This document shows positions 7,790 to 17,600 of a stretch of DNA of 64,000 bases, one piece after another. The position numbers were made by a program, and so were the translations under genes. The DNA lies in the NCBI GenBank assembly GCA_045653035.1, contig JAZOLO010000003.1, positions 24,514-88,513 of the forward strand, in the 5' to 3' direction. The stretch's first letter is position 1, and each line of letters begins with the position of its first letter. The notes beneath the pieces are model-generated. The model made no database searches and was not told the DNA's origin. It worked only from the letters and a program-made list of their open reading frames with translations. Source of the DNA: Eubacteriales bacterium (GTDB lineage Bacteria; Bacillota; Clostridia; Oscillospirales; SIG627).

Positions 7790-10615
7790 TTATGCTGCTA
7801 CAAACTCGGCAAGTGCTACCACATTGCCGTTTGTAGTTACTGTATCGTTATCAAGGTCAACAGTATACTCTGTATTACCGTTGTTTACTGTTATTGTTGA
7901 AGCATTGTAATCAAGTATAATGATAATTCCGTTGTCGTATGTCATTTCAACGACTCTATCGTTATATGAGTGAGCTGTTACAATAGCATTCTGAACGGGA
8001 CTGAGAACCTTATTTACAAGCTTGTAGGTTTCTACCATATCGTCGTACCAGATATGATATCTGATAGAGTAGTACTTGTTGTATTCTTCGCTTGTCTTAA
8101 GAACGGAAGCGTTCTGATAAGAAAGAAGGAAGTAAAGGCTTGCACCGTTTTCGATAGTCTTCATTATGCTGCTGTTGAAGTCACCTGCAAGGTTGATAGC
8201 AGTTCCCGCAAAGTTCTTGTAGCCGTGGAATACCATACCTACAAAGGGAATTGCCTCGCTTGCAACGTAACGGTTACTACTATCAAGGGGAACGTCAATG
8301 ATATCTGTAGCATATCCAACTACGTATGAGTTTCCTTGATTTACCATGATGCTGTAATCGTCCTTCTGAACCTCAGCAAGAAGCTCAAGTACTCTTTCCT
8401 TGGAGTCCTCACGGTTGAGTGAGTTTTCCTTATTGTGGTCAGAGTTAAGGTCTGAACCGAGTGTACCGAATGAAATGCTCTTTGTGTTGAATTCCTTGAA
8501 ATCATCCTTGAAATATCCGTAGAAGTCACTATACTTCGAAGGAGAAATCATAAGTCTCTTATCGTTGAGGAATGACTGATATACAGGATCGTAAGTTCTG
8601 TGAACAGCTGAACGATTGTCTACAGTCTTAATTGTATCTTCCTTGATATCAAACTTGTCAAATCTTGAGAAGTTTGAGATGTAAACGAAGTCATAATCAG
8701 GGAATACCTTAACGCCGTTATCATTTGCAAATTTTACAAGATCAACAAGACCTTTCTTTCCGCCGATTTCCTTTTCTACCTTAGCTCTTGTGGGAGCTGT
8801 GGAAGCAAGACCTCCGTTTGCCCAACCCGAATACTTAATAGAAATGTTGTCGACGCCGTCTTTCTTGAGGCTTTCGATCATTGTCTTGGCGTTATCGAAG
8901 GTTGTAAGAGGCTTCTTTACGTCTACGGGAACACCGAGAATTCTTTCTGTAGTGTCAATAGCACCGAACGTTTCGATGTAAAGCTCAATGTCTTCTTCTC
9001 TGTCTGTTCTCTTAAGCTGTCCTGTCTTTTCAAGATAGTCACGGTAAATAGCAGCCATGTTAACATAGTTTGCTTCTTCGCCGTCCATCATGATGTACTT
9101 GATTCTGTAGTTGCCTGTGTACTTCTTATCAGTTTCTACAGTCCATGTTGCGGTAAGTCCCGATACCGAGATACCATCAAGAGGATATGTATCCTTGGGT
9201 CTGGGGAAAACGTTGATAGAAGTTGCAAAATACTTATTAAGTATACCGCCAGAGGCTGTGGTTATCTCTGCAAGAGAGTCACCCTCTGTGATTATTGCAA
9301 GGAATCCCTTGGGGTCTGCACCAACTATTTCAACTTCCTGTACAGTGCCATCTTCCAAAGTCACATATTCGTAAGAAACTGTTTTTGTGTTCTCTACCAT
9401 ACCGAAAACGGGGAGAGTCCAATTTTCCATGTTTGCAATAGACTTCTGTGAATAGAAAGAATAGTCCTCGCCGTAAAGTCTGTTGGTAATAGTTGTTGCA
9501 ATATCAGAAGCGCTGTCTTCAAATCTTACAAGAGTACCTGAACCGTCGGGAAGAACAACGTAACCGTTTTCGTTCTGGTTATATGCTCCCATGTAAGGAA
9601 GAATCTTAATATTAGTAAGCGAATACTGCTTTGCATCATAGCGAATACCGCGGGCAGGAAGTCTTACTTCAAGGCCGTCTTCTGTTAAATAATATTCAAG
9701 TGCCATGCGGAATACCGCAGGGTTTTTGGTAGAGCCTGTGTAACCTGTAAGGTCATGGTCGTAAAGAACGTCATCATAAGTATAGTTTGTATACGTTGTG
9801 ATGAAGTTTTCAAACATTTTAAGCTCACGTTCTACTCTTGTAACGGTGGGGTCAATAACGTAAACCGCCATCTGTCTTGTAATAGGAAGTGTGTTGTAAA
9901 GTGTCTGAATTTCGCTTTCTGTAAGACCGGGCTGGGTAGCATCCTTCAACAGATAGTAAGACTTAAATCTGTTATACATATCTGTTTCGCCCGACTCAGC
10001 AAGAGGTGCAAGAACGAATTCTTCAAATCTTGCCTTTTCAATCATCATGGGAAGTGTACGCTTTGTAGTTCCCTGTCCGATTGTATATTCTACTCTTATA
10101 CCACCACGGATTTTGCTCATCTTTATCTGGCTGAGCTCTGCGGCACTTGCATAAGAATTCATCGATTTATCTTCACCAGCGTCGTTATAGTTAACGATTA
10201 TCTGGCTGAGAAGTGCTTTTCTTTCTGTAGCCTTGTTGTCTTTGTTTGAAATGTCATAGGGGTTTGTGGAAAGGTACTGACCTGTAGTGGTGTTCACTAC
10301 CTGTACTTCACCTGTTTCCTTGTGATAGTACAAATCATATCCGAAGTTGGAATAAACAAGCTCCATTGTAGCAAGTTTTTCTTCGTTGGACGAATATTTT
10401 TTGTTTTCATAATCTTCACTGAGTACCGAATTAGTGGTGGTTGTGGTCTCCTTCTCTTCGGTCTCCTCGGTTTCTTCCGTTGTCTCTTCGGTGATTGTCT
10501 CCGCCTCGGGAGTATCAGTCTCGTCTGCGAGAACAGGAAGTGTTACTACTGATGAAAGGGTTGCAAACATCATTATGAATGCAAGCATCATCGCAATGAA
10601 TTTTATATTTTTCAT
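7790..10615 (-). CDS. Large secreted protein of unknown function (~940 aa); from memory resembles DUF5696-type proteins, possible TIM-barrel glycosidase-like core
   Basis: Signal peptide MKNIKFIAMMLAFIMMFATLSSVVTLPVLA/DE, then an acidic Thr/Glu linker. Central segment ...ISIKYSGWANGGLASTAP...VKVFPDYDFVY.... AGGAGG precedes the ATG at 10615; the track start at 10684 is an upstream extension. Confidence 0.6.
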   Translation of the reverse strand: MKNIKFIAMMLAFIMMFATLSSVVTLPVLADETDTPEAETITEETTEETEETEEKETTTTTNSVLSEDYENKKYSSNEEKLATMELVYSNFGYDLYYHKETGEVQVVNTTTGQYLSTNPYDISNKDNKATERKALLSQIIVNYNDAGEDKSMNSYASAAELSQIKMSKIRGGIRVEYTIGQGTTKRTLPMMIEKARFEEFVLAPLAESGETDMYNRFKSYYLLKDATQPGLTESEIQTLYNTLPITRQMAVYVIDPTVTRVERELKMFENFITTYTNYTYDDVLYDHDLTGYTGSTKNPAVFRMALEYYLTEDGLEVRLPARGIRYDAKQYSLTNIKILPYMGAYNQNENGYVVLPDGSGTLVRFEDSASDIATTITNRLYGEDYSFYSQKSIANMENWTLPVFGMVENTKTVSYEYVTLEDGTVQEVEIVGADPKGFLAIITEGDSLAEITTASGGILNKYFATSINVFPRPKDTYPLDGISVSGLTATWTVETDKKYTGNYRIKYIMMDGEEANYVNMAAIYRDYLEKTGQLKRTDREEDIELYIETFGAIDTTERILGVPVDVKKPLTTFDNAKTMIESLKKDGVDNISIKYSGWANGGLASTAPTRAKVEKEIGGKKGLVDLVKFANDNGVKVFPDYDFVYISNFSRFDKFDIKEDTIKTVDNRSAVHRTYDPVYQSFLNDKRLMISPSKYSDFYGYFKDDFKEFNTKSISFGTLGSDLNSDHNKENSLNREDSKERVLELLAEVQKDDYSIMVNQGNSYVVGYATDIIDVPLDSSNRYVASEAIPFVGMVFHGYKNFAGTAINLAGDFNSSIMKTIENGASLYFLLSYQNASVLKTSEEYNKYYSIRYHIWYDDMVETYKLVNKVLSPVQNAIVTAHSYNDRVVEMTYDNGIIIILDYNASTITVNNGNTEYTVDLDNDTVTTNGNVVALAEFVAA

Positions 10616-10634
10616 TTTTATCCTCCTGTTCTTA

Positions 10635-12770
10635 TTATAATCGATACGAAAGCTCGATGTAGACGTTAGAAACGAATGAAACAATCTTTGCTACAAGTCC
10701 TGAGAAGAGTACGCCAAGGAAGATGATTATTGCCATACCAACGATTGTTCCGATACATGTAATAACGTTCTTACCAAGTGCGTAGTCGTGGATAACGCTC
10801 ATTGCAAAGAAGATAAGGAAGCCTGCCCATACAAACCCTATAGAGTTTATAAGTGTTATAACCGCACCTTCTTCAAAAAGAAGAACGTTTGAAATTGCGG
10901 TAGCAGGAATCATCATCATAGGAATGGGAAGCATTGCATAACCCGTTGCCATGAAAATGTCCTTCATGCTGCCTTCACCCTCGAAAAGAGTGGTGAGACA
11001 CCAGTTAGCAATACACCAGAGAATGTAAGGCATGAGAACGCCAAGTGTTTCTCCGATATAGCTGAGACCCTCGGTTTCGGGTGCATGAATGTAAGCTGTA
11101 CCCGAAGAGCTGTAAATAAATCCGATAATAGTAAATACTACTATTGTAAGAGAAGCCTTCATGCTCCCTCGTTTTTCGTGCTTCATATCCCAAAAACCGT
11201 CGAAGGGGTGGAATATGATATGACAAGCATAAAGGAGCGTTTCCTTATAGCTTCTCTTGTCCTTCATTTTCTGTCCTGCAACGTTAACCTTATTTGCATA
11301 TTTGAAGAACTTGCCAACAAGGAAGAAGAATACTATAATTACAAGAGGAACAACGAGAATCCAGTCACTCATCCAAGCCTTTCTTATCTGTTTGAATGAG
11401 TTGGAATATTTTTCAACAGCGTGTGCATACTTGTACATTTCCATTGCTTCGTCATATCTGCCCTGACGGAAGTAGCTGTCGCCGATTCCGATATATGCCA
11501 TGTCAAAGTTGGAGTTACGCTGAAGAATTGCTTCCCAGTAAACAACTGCCTGGTCGTACTTTCTGTCTTCGGTGTTACGAAGAGCTTCAACAAGGAGGTC
11601 GCCGTATTCTGTTCTCTTGTAAGTAGTGATGGTATCGTTAGACTTATCAAGGATTACAAGCTCGTCACCCTTGTATGCGATACACTGAATGTTAGCTATG
11701 TTACCAAGCTGTGAGCCCTTATCGCCGAATATGTAAAGAAGCTTACCATCTTGGTCGTATGTAAATACCTTACTTCTCTTTTCGTCAATTATAGACCACA
11801 TTCCTGCAGGGCCGAGTGCTACGTCGATAATTTTGGAGGGACCTATAATGTTATACCCTTCCATTTCGTTCATCTGAACCATAACTTCACCAGAAGGAGG
11901 ATAGAAGCCGTTACGGTTCATAACGTCCTGTCCGGAGGGGTTAAGCTTCTTAACGGGAGCATAGTCTGCAGATTTATCCTTGTTGTCTATTGCATTTTGC
12001 TGTGAGGTTGAATCGATAGTGGATGTTGTAACGTAGATAAATCCTACGTCATCAATTGTAAGGTTGTTATACTCTGTAGGAACATACTGTGTGCTCTGTG
12101 CTCTCTGTGCCTTTGTTTGGAATTTTCTCCAAAATATATCAAGAGCAGAGGGAGTTGTCTTCTGAGCACCAAGGAATCCGAGGAACGAACCGTCAGAATT
12201 CATTGAAATTACACCGTAGGTTGTAGTTGAAGATACTACGTAAATTCTTCCCGCAGTATCAACTGCAACTGCTACAGGTGTGTAAATATGTCCTTCAGGA
12301 AATACGTCACTTTCCGGTTCGGGGATTATTCTCTTGAAAGCACCGTCTTCTCTGTTGAAAACAACTATTCTGTGGTTCTGTGAGTCTGCAACGTAAATTT
12401 CGATTTCGTTTACAAACACGCCCTCTGGAGCAGAGAGTGTATCGTATACACCATGCTCGTTATAAAAGGCAGAAATACCGAACTGTGTTTCCCAATTCTC
12501 GTTTACAACGATTACTCGGTTATTTTTTGTGTCAACGATGTAAACCATTTCGTGAGAATCCACGAAAATGTCCTTGGGGCTGTTGAGCTTCGTTTCGAGA
12601 GTAAGATCATCTGAATCGATGAGTCTGTCGGGAACGTAAGCATCTGGAGAAAGAGCCATAAAGCCATCAATGTCATAAGTGTAGGTCGCATAGGGCACCG
12701 CAGCAAAAATGCTAGGTGCTACCATCAAGGCAACAAGGAGGGCTAAAAGAATAACTCTGAGTTTTTTCAT
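10635..12770 (-). CDS. Exported NHL-type six-bladed beta-propeller + TPR + C-terminal Yip1-like polytopic membrane domain fusion protein (711 aa)
   Basis: Signal peptide MKKLRVILLALLVALMVAPSIFA. Six blade-like repeats, for example SPKDIFVDSHEMVYIVDTKNNRVIVVN and APEGVFVNEIEIYVADSQNHRIVVFN. TPR-like segment YDQAVVYWEAILQRNSNFDMAYIGIGDSYFRQGRYDEAMEMYKYA. About 6 TM helices in the last ~230 aa. Confidence 0.65.
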   Translation of the reverse strand: MKKLRVILLALLVALMVAPSIFAAVPYATYTYDIDGFMALSPDAYVPDRLIDSDDLTLETKLNSPKDIFVDSHEMVYIVDTKNNRVIVVNENWETQFGISAFYNEHGVYDTLSAPEGVFVNEIEIYVADSQNHRIVVFNREDGAFKRIIPEPESDVFPEGHIYTPVAVAVDTAGRIYVVSSTTTYGVISMNSDGSFLGFLGAQKTTPSALDIFWRKFQTKAQRAQSTQYVPTEYNNLTIDDVGFIYVTTSTIDSTSQQNAIDNKDKSADYAPVKKLNPSGQDVMNRNGFYPPSGEVMVQMNEMEGYNIIGPSKIIDVALGPAGMWSIIDEKRSKVFTYDQDGKLLYIFGDKGSQLGNIANIQCIAYKGDELVILDKSNDTITTYKRTEYGDLLVEALRNTEDRKYDQAVVYWEAILQRNSNFDMAYIGIGDSYFRQGRYDEAMEMYKYAHAVEKYSNSFKQIRKAWMSDWILVVPLVIIVFFFLVGKFFKYANKVNVAGQKMKDKRSYKETLLYACHIIFHPFDGFWDMKHEKRGSMKASLTIVVFTIIGFIYSSSGTAYIHAPETEGLSYIGETLGVLMPYILWCIANWCLTTLFEGEGSMKDIFMATGYAMLPIPMMMIPATAISNVLLFEEGAVITLINSIGFVWAGFLIFFAMSVIHDYALGKNVITCIGTIVGMAIIIFLGVLFSGLVAKIVSFVSNVYIELSYRL

Positions 12771-12784
12771 TTTCTTTACCTCCT

Positions 12785-13657
12785 TTAGTCCTTCATACCG
12801 GACGATGACATCGTCTCAATAACGTTACTCTGTGAAACCACGAATACTGTGATAGGCACTACCATCATAACAACGGTAGATGCAGCGGAAGCACCTGCTC
12901 GGGCAATACCACCTGTTACTATCTGGCTTATCGCATAGGGGAAGGTTTTAAGTTCTTCACTAAATACGTAAACCGACGCACCTTGATTCCAAAGTCCCTG
13001 GAAGGAGAATATAATAAGTGTGAGCCAAGCAGGCTTAACCATGGGCATTACCAGCGTCCAGAGAATGTGCCATTCGGAAGCACCGTCAAGACGGGCTGAT
13101 TCAAGAACTGAATCGGGAACGGAGGTTTCCATGAACTGCTTCATAAGGTAAAGACCCATTGTTGAACCCATAGCGGGAACGATAATTGCGAAATATGTAT
13201 CCACCCATCCGAGCGCTGACATAGTAATAAAGTTTGTAATACCCGCAACTGTTGTGTTGAACATGAGTGAATACACGATTACGTTGAAAAGGAACTTTCT
13301 TCCTGGGAATTTAATTTTAGCAAGCGAATAGGCTGCGAAGGAAGAAAGCATAACGTTACCGAACGTACCAAGTGTAGAGATGAATACCGTATTGAAAATG
13401 TATCTTGAGAAAGGAACCCAAGATGTTGACATCAGTTGGAAAAGGTCGGTAAAGTTTTTCATTGTGGGGTTAACTACGTATAGTCTGGGGGGGAACATCC
13501 ACAACTCGTTCAAGGGCTTGAGAGCCTGTACTATTGTGTAGTACATAGGGAAGAACATGAACACACCAAAGGCAAGCAATACGCCGTTGATGCTGAGGTC
13601 TCCTGCGAAAGAACGGTTGAGAGCATGATTATGTTTTTTAATTCTAAGCTTTGCCAT
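12785..13657 (-). CDS. Carbohydrate ABC transporter permease, MalG-like (pair 1)
   Basis: Contains LESARLDGASEWHILWTLVMPMVKPA (EAA loop) and has 6 TM helices. Confidence 0.88.
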   Translation of the reverse strand: MAKLRIKKHNHALNRSFAGDLSINGVLLAFGVFMFFPMYYTIVQALKPLNELWMFPPRLYVVNPTMKNFTDLFQLMSTSWVPFSRYIFNTVFISTLGTFGNVMLSSFAAYSLAKIKFPGRKFLFNVIVYSLMFNTTVAGITNFITMSALGWVDTYFAIIVPAMGSTMGLYLMKQFMETSVPDSVLESARLDGASEWHILWTLVMPMVKPAWLTLIIFSFQGLWNQGASVYVFSEELKTFPYAISQIVTGGIARAGASAASTVVMMVVPITVFVVSQSNVIETMSSSGMKD

Positions 13658-13658
13658 A

Positions 13659-14615
13659 CTACTGACCTACCTTCGACAAAAGTTTTTTAATTACCATGTT
13701 ACTTCCTATCATCATGAAGAAGAGGACTGTCGCGATTGCAGATGCATATCCCATTTCAAATCGCTGTCCGCCGTAGTCGTCAAGATGATGCATGATAGTG
13801 TGTGCAGAATACTCAGGGCTGGGGAAGCCTACGAGTGCCGTAATAATGCTTCCGAAGCCAAAGGATGAGGTTATAGACATAACTGCACCGAACATCATCT
13901 GAGGCTTCATTGAAGGAAGTGTTATAGACCACAGCTCCTGCCATCTGTTCTTGATACCGTCCATTGCACCCGCTTCATAAAGGCTTCTATCCACTATCTG
14001 GAAACCTGCAATAAAGGAAAGGAAAGAAGTACCAAGGCTCGTCCACAAAGCTACTATAATTACAAGAGGCATTATGTAGCTTGTGTTAGTAAAGAACTGA
14101 ATGGGTGAACTGATAATACCTGTATTTATGAGAAACGCGTTTACAAGACCGTACTGGTCACCTGAAAACAGCGTTGTCCAGATAAGATATACGTTACCTG
14201 AAATAGAGGGAGCATAGAATATAAGGGTTACCAGAGCTCTCATTTTAGGAGAGAGCTCATTGATAAACCACGCAAACAGAAGTGATAAAAGATAGGAAAC
14301 AGGTCCTGTGATTGCTGCGAATATCAGAGTGTTTTTAAGAGCAAGGAGGAAGATATCGTCATCAAGGAAGAGTCTTACGTAGTTGTCCATAAAAACGAAA
14401 TCGGGAAATTCCAGCATGTTAAAGTTCGTTAAACTGATTATAACCGATAATATAACGGGAGCAACCGTAAATACTAAAAAGATAAGATAGAAGGGAGCAA
14501 GAAGCAGGTATGCCACGTAGTTCTTCTTCATCTCATTCCACGTGTACTGAGCCTTTGTCATTTCGTGAACCGAAACTGGCTTTTTCTTGGCAACCGCCGC
14601 TTTTGTATTAGCCAT
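13659..14615 (-). CDS. Sugar ABC transporter permease, MalF-like (pair 1)
   Basis: Contains YEAGAMDGIKNRWQELWSITLPSMKP (EAA loop). There is a 1-nt gap to the next gene. Confidence 0.88.
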   Translation of the reverse strand: MANTKAAVAKKKPVSVHEMTKAQYTWNEMKKNYVAYLLLAPFYLIFLVFTVAPVILSVIISLTNFNMLEFPDFVFMDNYVRLFLDDDIFLLALKNTLIFAAITGPVSYLLSLLFAWFINELSPKMRALVTLIFYAPSISGNVYLIWTTLFSGDQYGLVNAFLINTGIISSPIQFFTNTSYIMPLVIIVALWTSLGTSFLSFIAGFQIVDRSLYEAGAMDGIKNRWQELWSITLPSMKPQMMFGAVMSITSSFGFGSIITALVGFPSPEYSAHTIMHHLDDYGGQRFEMGYASAIATVLFFMMIGSNMVIKKLLSKVGQ

Positions 14616-14656
14616 TGATTTTTCTCCTTTTTAAGTTTTCTTACTGCGGCAGTTCT

Positions 14657-17600
14657 TTAAGACTTTTTGAAGTCTTCAAGTGTCGGCAGATCAAATTCTT
14701 CGCGTTTTCTGGAAAGCTCTGCATTGATTACGTCGATATAGCTGAGCATTTCTTCAACAGGGTTTGCATCGTCGTTGTACGCTGCAAGGAACGCAAAGTT
14801 TACGTAACGGGTTATGATATAACCACCAGGCATTTCGGGAGTTACGGCAAGGTTATCAAACTGGTCGCGAAGTGCTGCAAGAACCTCCGGTGACCAAGGC
14901 TGATTTTCGAGAGCAGCAAGGTTTGCTGTTGCATACTGTCCTGAAGGACCGAGAAGGGTTACAAGCTCGTTACCGTAAGTGGTTTGTGCGTATTCGTCTG
15001 TCCACCACTTCATAAACTTCCATGCTCTTTCCTCGTCGCCCTGTGCACCTCTCATCATCATTACACAGGTTATAGTGGAAACAGAATTGTAGTTGATGCT
15101 TTCTATTTCCTTTTCACCAGTTTCAAGGTTATAAATTATATCTCCATTTTCATCGGTCTTATATGTTGCTGTGCCGGGAAGACGCGTTATCTTCCAAAGA
15201 CCACTGATTTCCGGAGCGAATATTTGGAGCTGGTTGTATGATGTATATGCAGTTACCGCAATAGGCATTTCTCCTGATCTGAAGCGGTTTGCAAAGTCAA
15301 AGGTCAAGGGGAAAGAGTACATGGTAAAGTACTCGCAAACCTCCTTGAAGCAGTCAAGTGCTGTATTGGAGTCGAGGTTTATCTGCATACCGCGTGTAAG
15401 ATATGCGTCTTCTGCGTCAAACCCTGCCGCTACAACCTCCTCTTCACTGAGTGCATCCTTGTACATAGGCTCGTCTCTCTGATACATGAGCATAGTGGCA
15501 CCGGCTAGGTTAGATGGGAAGCCTGCCTGAAGGTTGTTGGACTGGAGTATGGGAAGAATTCCGTAAAGGTCGTCCCAAGTCTTGGGAATCTTCATATCAA
15601 GCTCTGCGAACACATCAAGTCTTACGAAAAGCATGTTAAATGTTTCCGTTTCGGGAAGTCCATAAACCTCACCGTAAAGAGTGAGAGGAATCATTGCGGT
15701 ATCACTGAATCTCTCTTTTACTTCGTCCATTCCCTCCATATTTGTTATGGGAAGAACTGCGCTTCTGATAGCATAGTTGATACATGTATCAGCAGTATTC
15801 TGAATCGAAACGTCAGGACCTGTTCCTGCAAGAGTTGCGGGAAGTAGTGAACCTGCCGCAACAAGCTTTAAGTTAACGGGAACGCCGTATTCGGCAGTAA
15901 AGTCAGTAAGCATTGAACGGATGATCTGTGCTTGGTCACGACCTGCTGTCATCCAAACCTGAAGGGGATCTTCGTTGTCCTCTGACTGATCCATTGCCCC
16001 AAGATTATTGTAATCGCTGATAAAGCTCATTACGAAAGATGAAAGCTCATATTTAAGAGCAGCAAAGAAACCAGCGTTTGCGGTTGGAAGCTCCTTGTTG
16101 TCAGCGGGCTGAACCTGAATGTAGTCGAGAAGGAGGGGCTGTGAACGAGCTGTCTGAATCCATGTACCAAGTGAACCAATGTTGTCTTTCAAGGTTCCGA
16201 GGTTAGGAGCTACATCGTCGTCATCGGATCCCATTAGGTCAAGAATAAGAGCAATCTTATCAAGAAGAACTGAATCTTCACCCTTCTGACCTGTTATTAT
16301 TTCAAGTCTCTTCGATATATCGGTAAGGCGTTTGCCTTCTTCTACAAGACCGTTCATGACGTCTGGCATAAGAGCTGTAAATCCGTAGTCGCGATAGATA
16401 TCGGGGTTGGGACCGGTAACCATTATAATTTTAAGGTAGTAATTATTGATGTTTACCATGCACTCATCAACTTCACGAAGTATTTCAGCCATATCGCCAA
16501 GAACTACTTCAAGTCTCACAATGTGCTTACCCTTTGTAAGATAGAAGCTAAAGGGATCAATAACTGTTTTACCTTTCTTATCTTGTGAATCAATTCCAAG
16601 GAATTGTGTCTGCCATGATGAGTCGTAGTTAAACGAAATATCATTTGCTTCAGCGAAAGGTACTTTTCCGTCTATGTAAATTCTACGTGAAACAAACATA
16701 CCTGCAAGTGTGTCCTGCTTGAAGCGCGTTGCTATATTGTAAAGTCCGTCTTCGGGAACTTCGATTTCCCACTCAATCCACTGACCATTGGACTGCCACT
16801 TTGTTCCACCTATAGTATTAAGGAAAACTTTAGAAGCGTTCTGGGGTTCGTTTGATGCTGATGTTCTGTCTGTAATTGCATAGATTGACTGGTCAGAGGT
16901 ACGGAAGGCGTGTTCCGCCTGATACTTTACAGGCTTTACTGAGGAAGGTGCTTTATAGCCCTTGTCCGCATATTCCTTCTCAACCTCAGGATAAGATGCC
17001 TGACCTTCACTGAAATATACTCTGACAGATTTTATAATCATGCCTTCTTTGATACCATTTATGGTAACTGTGTGTTCGCCCTGTCCGAGATAGTACTTAA
17101 GAGGCTCTGAATAGTAACCTGTTGTGTCATAAACGAAACGCTTTGACCAAGTGGGACGAGCCGCTTTTGCCGGTTTTATTTCATTGCCGTTGATATCGTG
17201 AAGAAATCCGCGGTCAAATCTTGTGTCGTATTCATCAACCCATGTTCCTACGAAAGAGATAGACCTTGTCTCTGAATAAGGATATGCACCGTCAACCATT
17301 ATTGCACGTTCAATGTTATTTGAACTTGCGGAAGCAGCCATATACTCTACCTCAAAGTTATAAAACCCTTCTGTTTCGATGTTAAAGCCAAACGTAAGTT
17401 CAGACGATGCGGTCGTAAGTAAAACTCCCTCAACATCCTCCATTCCGGCTTTTGCATCTGAAATAAGCTCTTCAAGGTATTTTTCGTTGTATTTATTGTG
17501 CTCTTCTGTCTTATCTGCCACGTTAGGTGTCATCTTATCGGTAATTTCAAGTTGAGCTGAATACTTAACTGTAAGCTCATCGGCGAGCTCCTCAGCATTA

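Noticed and set aside
10616-10684. Upstream extensions of several track ORFs: 10684, 20104, 26668, 32997, 45742, 49764, 57741, 61181, 61739, 54675, 1334 and 3194
   Set aside because: In each case a downstream start has a proper GGAGG-type RBS and gives a canonical N-terminus (signal peptide, lipobox or conserved family start). The extension overlaps the RBS, a neighbouring gene or an operator.
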